From assembly GCA_964601615.1 (NCBI GenBank), contig CAZRNZ010000001.1:71658-135657 (forward strand): a DNA stretch of 64,000 nucleotides, read 5' to 3'. Each line of letters opens with the position of its first letter. Positions within the stretch are counted from its first letter, which is position 1. The DNA is from an uncultured Candidatus Saccharibacteria bacterium (GTDB lineage: Bacteria > Patescibacteriota > Minisyncoccia > Phycocordibacterales > UBA918). Below the pieces are notes generated by a model. The model saw only the letters and a list, made by a program, of their open reading frames with translations, had not been told where the DNA came from and did no database searches. Made by a program: the position numbers and the translations under genes. Below, one piece after another: positions 55,783 through 64,000 of the stretch.

Positions 55783-58047
55783 CTATTTTGCACTCTCAAG
55801 TGCTTGGTCTAATTTTACTGATAGGAGTTTTGAAACTCCGTCGCCCATCATAGTTACTCCATAAAGTATGCCAGCTCGCGACATTGTCTCGCGGTTGTGT
55901 GTAATAAGTATTAGTTGTGATTTCTGGGAAAGTGCTTCAATCATATCCCCATAGCGACGACTATTAGCTTCATCTAGTGCTGCATCAGTTTCATCTAGAA
56001 TCACAAATAGTGGTGGATTTACTTGACTCATGGCAAAGATAAGAGCGATAGAAACTAAAGCTCTTTCTCCACCAGAGAGCATATCAAGACCTTTTACTCT
56101 TTTGTTTGGTAGTTTAACACCAATCTCAATTCCCTCTTCTTTTGATTCTTCTTCAATTTCATCGTTTTCTTCTCCAAGAGACAAGTCTTCTAGGGAAGTT
56201 TTTTTCTTATTCTTTATTTTCACTTTTTGTAATTCGGCCTCTCCACCACCAAACATAAGGCTAAAGAATCTATTAAACTCTGAATTTATTTTTTCAATAC
56301 CAACACTAAAGCGTTCATTAAGTTGGTCACTTAAGTCGGAAATAAGTTGCTCAAGTTTGTTTACTGATTCAGTTAAGTCGGTAATTTCACGTACAAGAAA
56401 ATCATCGCGTTCTTTAACGGTTTGGTATTCTTTAATAATATCGTCGTTTGCTCCACCAAGCTCTTCTAAGCGGATTTTCATTTTCTCTAAATCACGTCTA
56501 CGAGAGCGCTGTTTATCACGTGATTCTTTAACAATAGAATTTTTCTCTAAAGTCTTTCCGTCTTCAATTATTTCGTAAGTAAAATAATCTGAAGCTGCTC
56601 TACCGATTAGTGCCACAGCTTCTTGGAGTTCACGCTTAAATTCATCTCTATCTCTAAAGATGACTTCAAGTTCGTATTCAAAACGAGAAAGATTATTTTC
56701 GTTTTCGCGGCGCTCGTTTACGATACGGAATACCTCTCTCTCAGCTTCGCGACTTTCACCTTGATCATTTTCTATCGATAGGCGAACTTTATTGTATTCA
56801 GTCTCTGCCTTTTCTTCTGCTGTTGAAACAGCAGATAACTTTTTATCTAGTTCTGCCTTATCTTTTTCGAGTGAAGTTTTCTCTTTTTCTTCAGCTATAG
56901 TATCTGAAGAAGGATTTTCAATTGTCCTAGCTAAGAAGTGTTTTAGTGAACCAATTATATCTTGTAGTGAACGTCGAAGTAGTGGCACGTCCTCAAGTTT
57001 TATTGCTCTTTCTACTTCTTTTTCGGTATTAGAAACTAATTTCTCTATTTCCGAATAAGGGATTGAGATATTGGCATGACTCACAGTACTCTTTTGAGTC
57101 AAACGTCTATCAATAAAAGCAATTTGACCTTCGACAGCACCAATCTGTCTAAGTAGCTCCTGACGCTCATTTCTGGCTTCTCTGAGGTTCTTTTCAACCA
57201 AGATGAGGGCATCTCTTTGTTCGTCTTGTTTTTTGCTTTCCAGAACAGATTTAGCTTTTACCAAAAGCTCATCTAATTCTTCCAGCTTCTTCTTAATCGG
57301 ATTTATTTCTTTAGCTAGTCTATCTTGCTCGAAAGCCAAATAAACATCTTCTCTTTTTAAATACTCAGCGTAGGCACCGCGAAGGCTGTCACGCAGTTCG
57401 GTCGCTTTTTCTATTTTCTTTACCTGTTTTTCTAGGAAGCGTAAATGAGGGGCGACTTCGCGACGCAATCCTTCAACTTTATTTATATTTTCGCGCGTTT
57501 TATTAAGTTTCTTTTCTGCTTCGGTACGCTTAAATTGATACACCTTAAGACCAAGGGCATCCTCAATCATTTCTCTACGTTCTTTTGAAGAAGCAGAAAG
57601 GATTCTGTCTGCTTCACCTTGAGAAATAATATGGTGTCCAGAAGGGCCAATATTTGCCGCTGCCAGCAATTCCTGAACATCTTTTAGTCTTACTTGGCTG
57701 CCGTTTATTTGATATTCGTTAACTCCATCTCTATGAACAATTCTCTCTAAAATTATTTCATCAAAATCTAATGGAAAAACACGATTTTTGTTATTTAAAG
57801 AAATAGATACAGAAGCACGGTTTCCTCTAGATACTTGGTCAGAACCGCCCCAAATCAAATCCTCTCCACGCTTTCCACGCATTCTTGATGGAGATTGTTC
57901 GCCTAAAACAAAACGAAAAGACTCCGCAACGTTTGATTTTCCTGAACCATTCGGACCAACAATTGCTGTAATGGAAGAAGAAAATTCTAACTCGCTCTTT
58001 TTAGCGAAAGATTTAAATCCATTAATTGTCAGGTCTTTGAGATACAT
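55783..58047 (-). CDS. smc: SMC-family chromosome condensation ATPase, compact form (754 aa)
   Basis: Canonical SMC head N-terminus (MYLKDLTINGFKSFAKKSELEF...GPNGSGKSNVAESFRFVLGEQS). C-terminal signature LSGGERALVSIALIFAM...LFVILDETDAALD. About two-thirds the usual SMC length. Confidence 0.75.
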   Translation of the reverse strand: MYLKDLTINGFKSFAKKSELEFSSSITAIVGPNGSGKSNVAESFRFVLGEQSPSRMRGKRGEDLIWGGSDQVSRGNRASVSISLNNKNRVFPLDFDEIILERIVHRDGVNEYQINGSQVRLKDVQELLAAANIGPSGHHIISQGEADRILSASSKERREMIEDALGLKVYQFKRTEAEKKLNKTRENINKVEGLRREVAPHLRFLEKQVKKIEKATELRDSLRGAYAEYLKREDVYLAFEQDRLAKEINPIKKKLEELDELLVKAKSVLESKKQDEQRDALILVEKNLREARNERQELLRQIGAVEGQIAFIDRRLTQKSTVSHANISIPYSEIEKLVSNTEKEVERAIKLEDVPLLRRSLQDIIGSLKHFLARTIENPSSDTIAEEKEKTSLEKDKAELDKKLSAVSTAEEKAETEYNKVRLSIENDQGESREAEREVFRIVNERRENENNLSRFEYELEVIFRDRDEFKRELQEAVALIGRAASDYFTYEIIEDGKTLEKNSIVKESRDKQRSRRRDLEKMKIRLEELGGANDDIIKEYQTVKERDDFLVREITDLTESVNKLEQLISDLSDQLNERFSVGIEKINSEFNRFFSLMFGGGEAELQKVKIKNKKKTSLEDLSLGEENDEIEEESKEEGIEIGVKLPNKRVKGLDMLSGGERALVSIALIFAMSQVNPPLFVILDETDAALDEANSRRYGDMIEALSQKSQLILITHNRETMSRAGILYGVTMMGDGVSKLLSVKLDQALESAK

Positions 58048-58054
58048 TGTTTAT

Positions 58055-58432
58055 TTAGTCAGCACAGTTTCCTGCACTTATTGTTTCTTCCGTCATTTCT
58101 CTGGTACCAGTTAATCTAAAGCAGTTTCCTTCATTCTCATAGTTATAAACATACACTCCTGTGCTTGTAGGGTCAGTAGGAACCTCTCTAAAAAGTCCTG
58201 CTGTAACCAAATCATTCAATGAGCTTGGATATTGACCTTGTGATGCACCGTAAATAGCGACTGAGGCTGCAATTTCTTGAATATCAGACATACGTTTTGT
58301 GTCACGAGCTTTTTTTCTTGAGTCTTCAAAAGATGCAAAAACAATCATTGCTAAAATTCCCATGATCGCTATTGCAACTAATATTTCTACTAGAGTAAAA
58401 CCTCGCTTTGTATTTAATAGATATTTCATCAA
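58055..58432 (-). CDS. type IV pilin-like protein (prepilin N-terminal cleavage/methylation domain)
   Basis: MMKYLLNTKRG/FTLVEILVAIAIMGILAMIV class III signal. C-terminal Cys pair. Confidence 0.7.
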   Translation of the reverse strand: MMKYLLNTKRGFTLVEILVAIAIMGILAMIVFASFEDSRKKARDTKRMSDIQEIAASVAIYGASQGQYPSSLNDLVTAGLFREVPTDPTSTGVYVYNYENEGNCFRLTGTREMTEETISAGNCAD

Positions 58433-58506
58433 ACTAATTTTAACTTAAATTAGCAGGTTTGGTAGGGTTTGTTGTGTATGTAAACCTTATAAGGCGAAAT
58501 TTATAA

Positions 58507-58542
58507 AAAACGAGCGGTGCCTTCGGCGCCGCTCGTTTTATT
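58507..58542. terminator. terminator AAAAAACGAGCGGTGCC-TTC-GGCGCCGCTCGTTTTATTT
   Basis: GC hairpin with a T-run, between rnc and the pilin gene. Confidence 0.75.
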
Positions 58543-58555
58543 TACTCCACTCTAA

Positions 58556-59248
58556 TTACCATCCCTTTTCCTCAATCGCATTTTCAGCAGCATCTTGTTC
58601 CGCTTCTTGCTTTGATCTTCCTTTACCGTCAGCAATCTTTTCATTCTTAAGAAAAACGCCAATCGTAAAAACTCTGTCGTGATCAGGTCCTTCTTGAGAG
58701 ATTAATTCATAAGAAGGAGTAACTGAAACCTTGTCTTGAGCTAATTCCTGAAAACGGCTTTTTGGATCTTGCCAAAGTTTTTTCTCAACAATTTTTTCAG
58801 TTTTATTGAAAAGTTGATTTGCAATAAAACCTTTTGCTGCCTCATAACCTTGGTCAATATAAATGGCGCCAATACAAGCCTCAAAAGCGTTGGCAAGAAT
58901 GTATTGCCTTGCTCGTCCAGTATCCTTGGCTTCACCTTTGGACATCAACATAAAATCATTGAGTCCAATTTTGGTGGCAGCATCAGATAAAGAAACTGTA
59001 TTTACCAGCGCTGCTCTAATAGCAGTAAGTTCTCCTTCTGGTTTTTCTGGGTATTTACTAAACAAGAAATCAGTAGCAACTAACTCCAAAACAGCATCGC
59101 CCAAAAACTCCAATCTTTCATTGTGTTCTTGGGTAGCTTCTCTGTGTTCATTCAAATAAGAACGATGTGTTACTGCAGACAATAAATGATTCTGATCACC
59201 AAAAGTAACACCAAGGATTTTTTCTAATCTGGGTAGATTTGTATCCAT
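58556..59248 (-). CDS. rnc: ribonuclease III
   Basis: Signature ERLEFLGDAVLELV plus a C-terminal dsRBD. Confidence 0.9.
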   Translation of the reverse strand: MDTNLPRLEKILGVTFGDQNHLLSAVTHRSYLNEHREATQEHNERLEFLGDAVLELVATDFLFSKYPEKPEGELTAIRAALVNTVSLSDAATKIGLNDFMLMSKGEAKDTGRARQYILANAFEACIGAIYIDQGYEAAKGFIANQLFNKTEKIVEKKLWQDPKSRFQELAQDKVSVTPSYELISQEGPDHDRVFTIGVFLKNEKIADGKGRSKQEAEQDAAENAIEEKGW

Positions 59249-59329
59249 AAGTTTAAATTTAATAGGTCAAAATCCGAAATCATAAATAAAAATCGGTGCT
59301 TTTGATTTATGATCTTGGATTTTCTGATT

Positions 59330-60253
59330 TTAAGTATCTTTAGCTACGAGCATTGTAACTGCTTTTGTAACTATCGGCAGTATATCCTCATAGAAGTTCA
59401 GGTCAAGTATTTCGGTGATTTTGAACCACTTTGCATCATCTAAACCTCCCTTTTTTTCCATAGAAAGTTCAGAATAATCAGATTTTGCCAGGAAATAGTT
59501 GACCTGCTTGCGATGTTTGCCAATCTCTGGTTTGTTGGCTACATACTCATTCGAACCAAGTTCAGATTCAATTGTGATATCTAAACCAGTCTCTTCTCTG
59601 AGCGCTCTTTTTGCACCTTCTTCCAAAGTTTCTGTTTCTGCAACCTTACTTTTAGACAGAGTCCAGTGACCAAAAATATCATGCACCAAGGCTAAGTAAA
59701 TGGATCCTTCATGAATTGTGTAAACTACAGCACCAGACATGCGAACTATAGGCATTTTTTCAAATGGCAAATCCTTTCTTTTTTTGGTTATTTCTTCCTT
59801 TCCTGGTTCACCAATTTCTTTATAAACAGCACCTAATACACCGTTCACAAAACGACCAGAATTTTCGCCACCAAATTGCTTAGCGAGTTCAATTGCTTCA
59901 TTGATAGCTACTTTGGCTGGAACTTCTTTTCGATCTGAGAAAAGAAGTTCATAAAGTCCGAGTCGAAGAATATTTCTATCAACTGGAGAGATTCTATCGA
60001 TAGGCCACTCTGGAGCGGCTTTTTCGATTACTAGGTCAAGTTCTTTTTGTTTCTGCAGGACACCATCTAAAACCTTTTCCATAAAAGGCAGGTCGCTTTT
60101 GTTTTTTGCGAATTCTTCAACGTTACGAGAAAGAACCTCCAGGGACTCGTTTTTGTCGATTCCACTTTGATCCCATTCGAAAAGTGTTTGAAGAATTATT
60201 GATCTTGAAAGGTGCCTGTTTGCCATTTTTGAACTTATTATCCTAAACTTCAA
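59330..60253 (-). CDS. nusB: NusB (transcription antitermination) domain fused in-frame to a C-terminal NUDIX hydrolase domain
   Basis: N-terminal half ...LRLGLYELLFSDRKEVPAKVAINEAIELAKQFGGENSGRFVNGVL (KVAINEAIELAK identical to E. coli NusB). C-terminal half has the Nudix box AETETLEEGAKRALREETGL. Single 307-codon ORF. Confidence 0.75.
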   Translation of the reverse strand: MKFRIISSKMANRHLSRSIILQTLFEWDQSGIDKNESLEVLSRNVEEFAKNKSDLPFMEKVLDGVLQKQKELDLVIEKAAPEWPIDRISPVDRNILRLGLYELLFSDRKEVPAKVAINEAIELAKQFGGENSGRFVNGVLGAVYKEIGEPGKEEITKKRKDLPFEKMPIVRMSGAVVYTIHEGSIYLALVHDIFGHWTLSKSKVAETETLEEGAKRALREETGLDITIESELGSNEYVANKPEIGKHRKQVNYFLAKSDYSELSMEKKGGLDDAKWFKITEILDLNFYEDILPIVTKAVTMLVAKDT

Positions 60254-60306
60254 ATATCATAACATATTAAAATAAACAAAACTCCCCAATTGGGGAGTTT
60301 TGTTAA

Positions 60307-60597
60307 TTATTTGTTATCTTCTTGAACTTTTGATTCTGCTGGAGCTTCAGGTGTCATGTCTGTAACTGGAGCCTTAATAGCATCTTTCTTTTGGCGCATT
60401 CTCTCTGTACGAGCTTCTTTCTTTGCTGCCAAATCAATTACTTGACGACCTTTGTACCAACCACATTCTAGACACATATTGTGCGGACGACGGGTCGCGC
60501 CACAGTTACTACAAACAGCTAAAGCCGGCGCCTTAAGGGCGTGGTGACTTCTTCTGTTCGCGGTGTGAGCGCGTGTATGTCTCATTCGGACTACCAT
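60307..60597 (-). CDS. rpmF: 50S ribosomal protein L32 with a C-terminal extension
   Basis: [53 protein letters not shown]; Cys4 knuckle. The start is at the MVVRMRH Met; the track ORF begins 13 codons upstream. Confidence 0.8.
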   Translation of the reverse strand: MVVRMRHTRAHTANRRSHHALKAPALAVCSNCGATRRPHNMCLECGWYKGRQVIDLAAKKEARTERMRQKKDAIKAPVTDMTPEAPAESKVQEDNK

Positions 60598-60678
60598 AAT
60601 GGCGAGTACTATACCAGATTGGCTTTTAAATAGCAACTATTAAGATAAAAGGCCGACATAGAGTCAGCCTTCTTGGGT

Positions 60679-60906
60679 TTATTTTATAGAAACCAGCAAT
60701 TCGTGAAATTTAGAAACAGTCATGTCTCTACCAGCATCTGATTCTTCGATCAAACCCTCGTCTTCAAGTTTATCAAGAGCATCTAATACATCTAGGATGT
60801 CAGTATACTTCCCGGACATAAGAGAATCGACTGGTTTGTTAGAAAAATCATGTTTTGTCACCAAAACTGAGATTGATTTGGTGAATTCCTCTAGATTAAA
60901 GAACAA
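60679..60906 (-). CDS. hypothetical small acidic protein (75 aa)
   Basis: ORF between rnhB and rpmF. No Cys, so not YceD/DUF177-like. Confidence 0.35.
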   Translation of the reverse strand: MFFNLEEFTKSISVLVTKHDFSNKPVDSLMSGKYTDILDVLDALDKLEDEGLIEESDAGRDMTVSKFHELLVSIK

Positions 60907-60958
60907 TAGTAAAAACTCCTTTGTTTACTTCTCCTATCATATTAACATTAAAAATGAT

Positions 60959-61555
60959 TTATGTCAATTTTGTACAAAATGATCTTCGGTGAATATTACA
61001 AAACCCGTATTTCTTTATTGATTCTCGATGTGTTTTAGTTCCATAGCCTTTGTGTTTGGCAAAGTCATATTCTGGATATTTTACTGAAATTTTCTCCATA
61101 TAGCGGTCACGAGTAACTTTTGCCATGATTGAAGCTAGTCCAATACATAGTTCTTTAGCATCACCTTTGATGATAGTTTCTTGGTTTGGGAAGTTAGACG
61201 GCGCGCGAAGCGCGCCGTCTAGTTTTATTACAACCTCCTTCTCACCAAAGCTATTTCTTTTTTTTAAATTATTTAAACAGTTCAACATTGCTTTATTGAT
61301 AGATGGAACAATGCCAATTGTGTCAATGTCTTTAGCGCTCGTCATGGTTACATGAAAGTCTAAAGAGCCGTTTTTCTTCAAAATTTCTGCTTGTCCAAAA
61401 ACTGCTTCGCGGTTCTTTGGTGTTATCTTTTTACTGTCCCCTACCCCTAAAATCATTCCCCAATCAAAATCTTTCTTTACCAAAACCACTCCTACCGCAA
61501 CTGGTCCAGCTAGTGGTCCTCTGCCAGCTTCATCAATCCCCAACAAGTATTTCAT
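60959..61555 (-). CDS. rnhB: ribonuclease HII
   Basis: MKYLLGIDEAGRGPLAGPVAVGVVLV with the DEDD active-site start. Contains an embedded 25-nt GC hairpin at 61195-61219. Confidence 0.85.
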   Translation of the reverse strand: MKYLLGIDEAGRGPLAGPVAVGVVLVKKDFDWGMILGVGDSKKITPKNREAVFGQAEILKKNGSLDFHVTMTSAKDIDTIGIVPSINKAMLNCLNNLKKRNSFGEKEVVIKLDGALRAPSNFPNQETIIKGDAKELCIGLASIMAKVTRDRYMEKISVKYPEYDFAKHKGYGTKTHRESIKKYGFCNIHRRSFCTKLT

Positions 61556-61578
61556 AATTTGTTACAATGTTACCATCT

Positions 61579-64000
61579 ATGAGCGAAAAGAAGTTATCAT
61601 CCGATTTTATTCACCTACATGTCCACTCGCATTACTCACTTCTAAATGCTCTCCCTACCCCAAAAGAGTTGGCAGCTGCAGCTAAAAATGATGGTCAGCA
61701 AGCTCTGGCAATTACTGATAACGGCACGCTTTATGGAGCGATTGATTTTATTAAAGCTTGCGAAGCGCAAGATATAAAACCAATTATTGGAGTAGATGCT
61801 TTCTTGTCGCCTCGAACTCGTTTTGATAAAGATGCAGGAATTGATAAGCCCCGTAGCCGGGTAGTTTTGTTGGCAAAAAATGAAACTGGTTACAAAAACC
61901 TGATTGAGATGGTGACTCGTTCGTACATTGATGGTTTTTATTATCGCCCACGTATTGACCAGGAACTTTTAGAAAAACATCGTGAAGGCCTTATTGTTAT
62001 TGCTCCATCTTTTGCTGGTGAAATTGCTCAAGCTCTAAAAGAAGGAAATACTGAACGCGCTGGTGAGAGGTTAGATTGGTATAAGAGAGTTTTTTGTGAA
62101 GATTTTTATCTAGAAATTACTAATCATCCAGAAATCCTTGATCATAATGAGAATCAAGAAAAAATTAAGAAACTAGCCAAAAAAAATAATGTTCCACTTG
62201 TAGCGGCGCATGATGTTTATTATTTGAAACCAGGAGATGCTATCGCTCGTGAGACGATGATTAAAATTCAGAGTGGTGGAATTGTTGATACTAGTGGCGT
62301 AATGGATGGTGGCGAAGATTTTTCTTTCTTGACTCAAGAAGAAATCAAAAAACGTTTTGCTGATGTGCCAGAAGCTATTTCGAATACTGTAAAGATTGCT
62401 GAAGCTTGTAATGTTGAAATTGTGTTAGGGCAAGATGCTTGGAAGTTCCCTAACTATGTTATCGAAAGTGGTAAAGAGCCAGATGATGAATTACAGGACT
62501 TGGCATACAAGGGTGTTACTTGGCGTGGCATGTCTTTGGATGATAAGGAAACAAAAGAACGTCTAGATTACGAACTTGATGTTATTAGAATGAAAGGTTA
62601 CGCCAAGTATTTCTTGGTGGTAGGAGACTTGCTTCGAGAAGCGCGAGAAAGAGGAATTTTGACGACAATTCGAGGTTCGGTGGCAGGTTCCCTTACTACT
62701 TATGTGTTGGGTATTACTAACGTAGACCCTATTGAGTATAAGTTGCCATTTGAGCGTTTCTTAAACCCAGAACGTCCGTCTGCTCCCGATATCGATATGG
62801 ACTACGCCGATAATCGGCGTGATGAAATTATTGAATATACTAAACAAAAGTACGGTGAGGATAAGGTGGCACAGATTGGTACTTTTGGAACTATGATGGC
62901 GCGTGCTGCTGTGCGTGACGTGGCTCGCGCACTTGGCCATGCTTACACAGTAGGAGATAAAATCGCCAAGCTTATTCCGATGGGTAGTCAGGGATTTCCG
63001 ATGACTATTAAGAAAGCAATGGAGATTGAGCCTGAGCTTGCCAAGCTTTATAAAAGTGAGCCGGAATCTCGTGAAGTTATTGATCTTGCAATGATGATTG
63101 AGGGTCGCGTACGACACCTTGGAGTACATGCTGCTGGTGTAGTGATTTCACCAGAGCCACTTAATCAGTTTGTGCCAGTACAGCCCGACCCGAAGACTGG
63201 AAAACTTATTACGCAATATGAAATGCGTTCTGTTGGTGAAGACGGAGTTGGTCTTTTGAAGTTCGACTTTTTGGGAATTAAAAACCTAGCGATTTTGGCT
63301 GATGCTGTTAAGCGTGTAAAAAAGATTCGTAATATTGATGTGGATATTGAGAATATTCCACTTGACGATAAGAAGACTTTTGAAATGCTTGCTCGTGGTG
63401 AGACTATGGGTCTTTTCCAACTTAACGGTTCAGGAATGACTGCTTTTTTGAAACAGCTAAAACCTTCTACAATTCACGATATTAATGCGATGGTGGCTCT
63501 TTATCGCCCTGGACCGATGGAATCTATTCCGCAGTATATCGAGCGCAAACATAATCCAAGTTTGGTGTCTTATCTCGATCCACGTTTGGAGAATATTTTG
63601 GATCGTTCTTACGGAGTTATTACTTATCAGGACGACGTGATGATGACAGCAATTACGCTGGCTGGTTACTCTTGGCTTGATGCAGACAAGCTCCGTAAAG
63701 CGATGGGTAAAAAAATTCCCGAGGTGATGGAGGCCGAGAAAGATAAGTTGATGAAAGGATTTACAGAATTTGGAAATCTTCCTCCTAATAAGGCAGATCA
63801 ATTATGGAAATTGATCGAGCCTTTTGCAGCGTACGGATTTAACAAGGCTCATGCAGCAAGTTATGGACGTGTAGCATACCAAACTGCGTATATGAAGGCT
63901 AACTTCCCTGTTGAATACATGTCGGCTGTTTTGACTGCTGACTCAGGGGACACAGAAAAGATTTCTGAAATTATCAATGAGTCAAAACGAATGGGGATTG
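61579..64000 (+). CDS. dnaE: DNA polymerase III alpha subunit (5' portion; continues beyond window)
   Basis: Edge-partial, so absent from the ORF track. PHP domain N-terminus (HLHVHSHYSLLNALPTP), then the polymerase core (GVHAAGVVIS, FDFLGIKNL, RPGPME...YQDDVM...FAAYGFNKAHAASY). The antisense track ORFs 62761-63129 and 63457-63801 lie inside it. Confidence 0.9.
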   Translation, partial: MSEKKLSSDFIHLHVHSHYSLLNALPTPKELAAAAKNDGQQALAITDNGTLYGAIDFIKACEAQDIKPIIGVDAFLSPRTRFDKDAGIDKPRSRVVLLAKNETGYKNLIEMVTRSYIDGFYYRPRIDQELLEKHREGLIVIAPSFAGEIAQALKEGNTERAGERLDWYKRVFCEDFYLEITNHPEILDHNENQEKIKKLAKKNNVPLVAAHDVYYLKPGDAIARETMIKIQSGGIVDTSGVMDGGEDFSFLTQEEIKKRFADVPEAISNTVKIAEACNVEIVLGQDAWKFPNYVIESGKEPDDELQDLAYKGVTWRGMSLDDKETKERLDYELDVIRMKGYAKYFLVVGDLLREARERGILTTIRGSVAGSLTTYVLGITNVDPIEYKLPFERFLNPERPSAPDIDMDYADNRRDEIIEYTKQKYGEDKVAQIGTFGTMMARAAVRDVARALGHAYTVGDKIAKLIPMGSQGFPMTIKKAMEIEPELAKLYKSEPESREVIDLAMMIEGRVRHLGVHAAGVVISPEPLNQFVPVQPDPKTGKLITQYEMRSVGEDGVGLLKFDFLGIKNLAILADAVKRVKKIRNIDVDIENIPLDDKKTFEMLARGETMGLFQLNGSGMTAFLKQLKPSTIHDINAMVALYRPGPMESIPQYIERKHNPSLVSYLDPRLENILDRSYGVITYQDDVMMTAITLAGYSWLDADKLRKAMGKKIPEVMEAEKDKLMKGFTEFGNLPPNKADQLWKLIEPFAAYGFNKAHAASYGRVAYQTAYMKANFPVEYMSAVLTADSGDTEKISEIINESKRMGI

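Noticed and set aside
60520-60560. Possible additional embedded GC hairpin in rpmF (GCCGGCGCC...GGGCG)
   Set aside because: The arms are not reverse-complementary on careful pairing. It is only GC-rich coding for the Cys4 knuckle.
1-64000. CRISPR arrays, transposases, integrases, phage or defence-system cassettes
   Set aside because: I searched for regularly spaced direct repeats, DDE/tyrosine-recombinase motifs and clustered nuclease/ATPase pairs and found none. The repeated elements present are inverted (hairpins), not spacer-separated direct repeats. The EEP nuclease next to the tRNAs is a single housekeeping-like gene with no flanking attachment-site repeats.

Overview
This 64-kb window is a low-GC, gene-dense bacterial chromosome segment made up almost entirely of housekeeping genes. 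These include rpoB-rpoC, the dnaG-rpoD operon, dnaE (edge-partial), hisS, def-fmt, mreB, murA, priA, mutM, ung, rnc, smc, rnr, trmD, rpsP, rpmG, rpmF, rnhB, truB, prmC, fba and uppP, plus two minus-strand tRNAs (Asn-GTT, Ala-GGC). Between them lie small hypothetical, secreted and membrane proteins. I found no transposase, integrase, CRISPR array or recognisable defence cassette. The gene content points to a reduced-genome lineage (Patescibacteria/CPR-like): class I aldolase, a compact 754-aa SMC, an orphan type IV pilin, a Lys/Ala-rich tail on sigma-70, and frequent domain fusions. This taxonomic call is inference only. The most notable observations are these. (1) A pervasive family of about 25-nt GC-rich perfect hairpins (10-15-bp arms) closing a GAA/TTC, sometimes AAA/TTT, triloop, many containing the d(GCGAAGC) minihairpin core. 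They act as A/T-flanked bidirectional terminators at 15 or more gene ends. Six copies are also embedded inside the coding sequences of truB, prmC (three copies), rnhB and an exonuclease gene. (2) A roughly 300-nt GC-rich island after rpmG that ends in its own terminator and holds either a structured RNA or a 50-codon ORF with C-ending, foreign-looking codon usage. (3) Unusual domain architectures: an HTH(XRE)-MurA fusion with a 16-bp perfect palindromic operator in the mreB/murA divergent promoter, a NusB-NUDIX fusion, a PriA whose helicase motifs are destroyed, and a short delta' (holB). (4) A 56-nt perfect palindrome between divergent secreted cell-wall hydrolase genes (GH18-like and SLT-like). 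(5) A 1035-aa secreted beta-helix plus lipase-like protein in an operon with a small membrane protein. (6) An orphan His...S-x-G-C (YkuD/Tlde1-like) protein with its own promoter and terminator. The six-frame ORF track omits edge-partial and sub-60-aa genes; holB-like, dnaE, rpmG, the tRNAs and several start corrections were added by hand.
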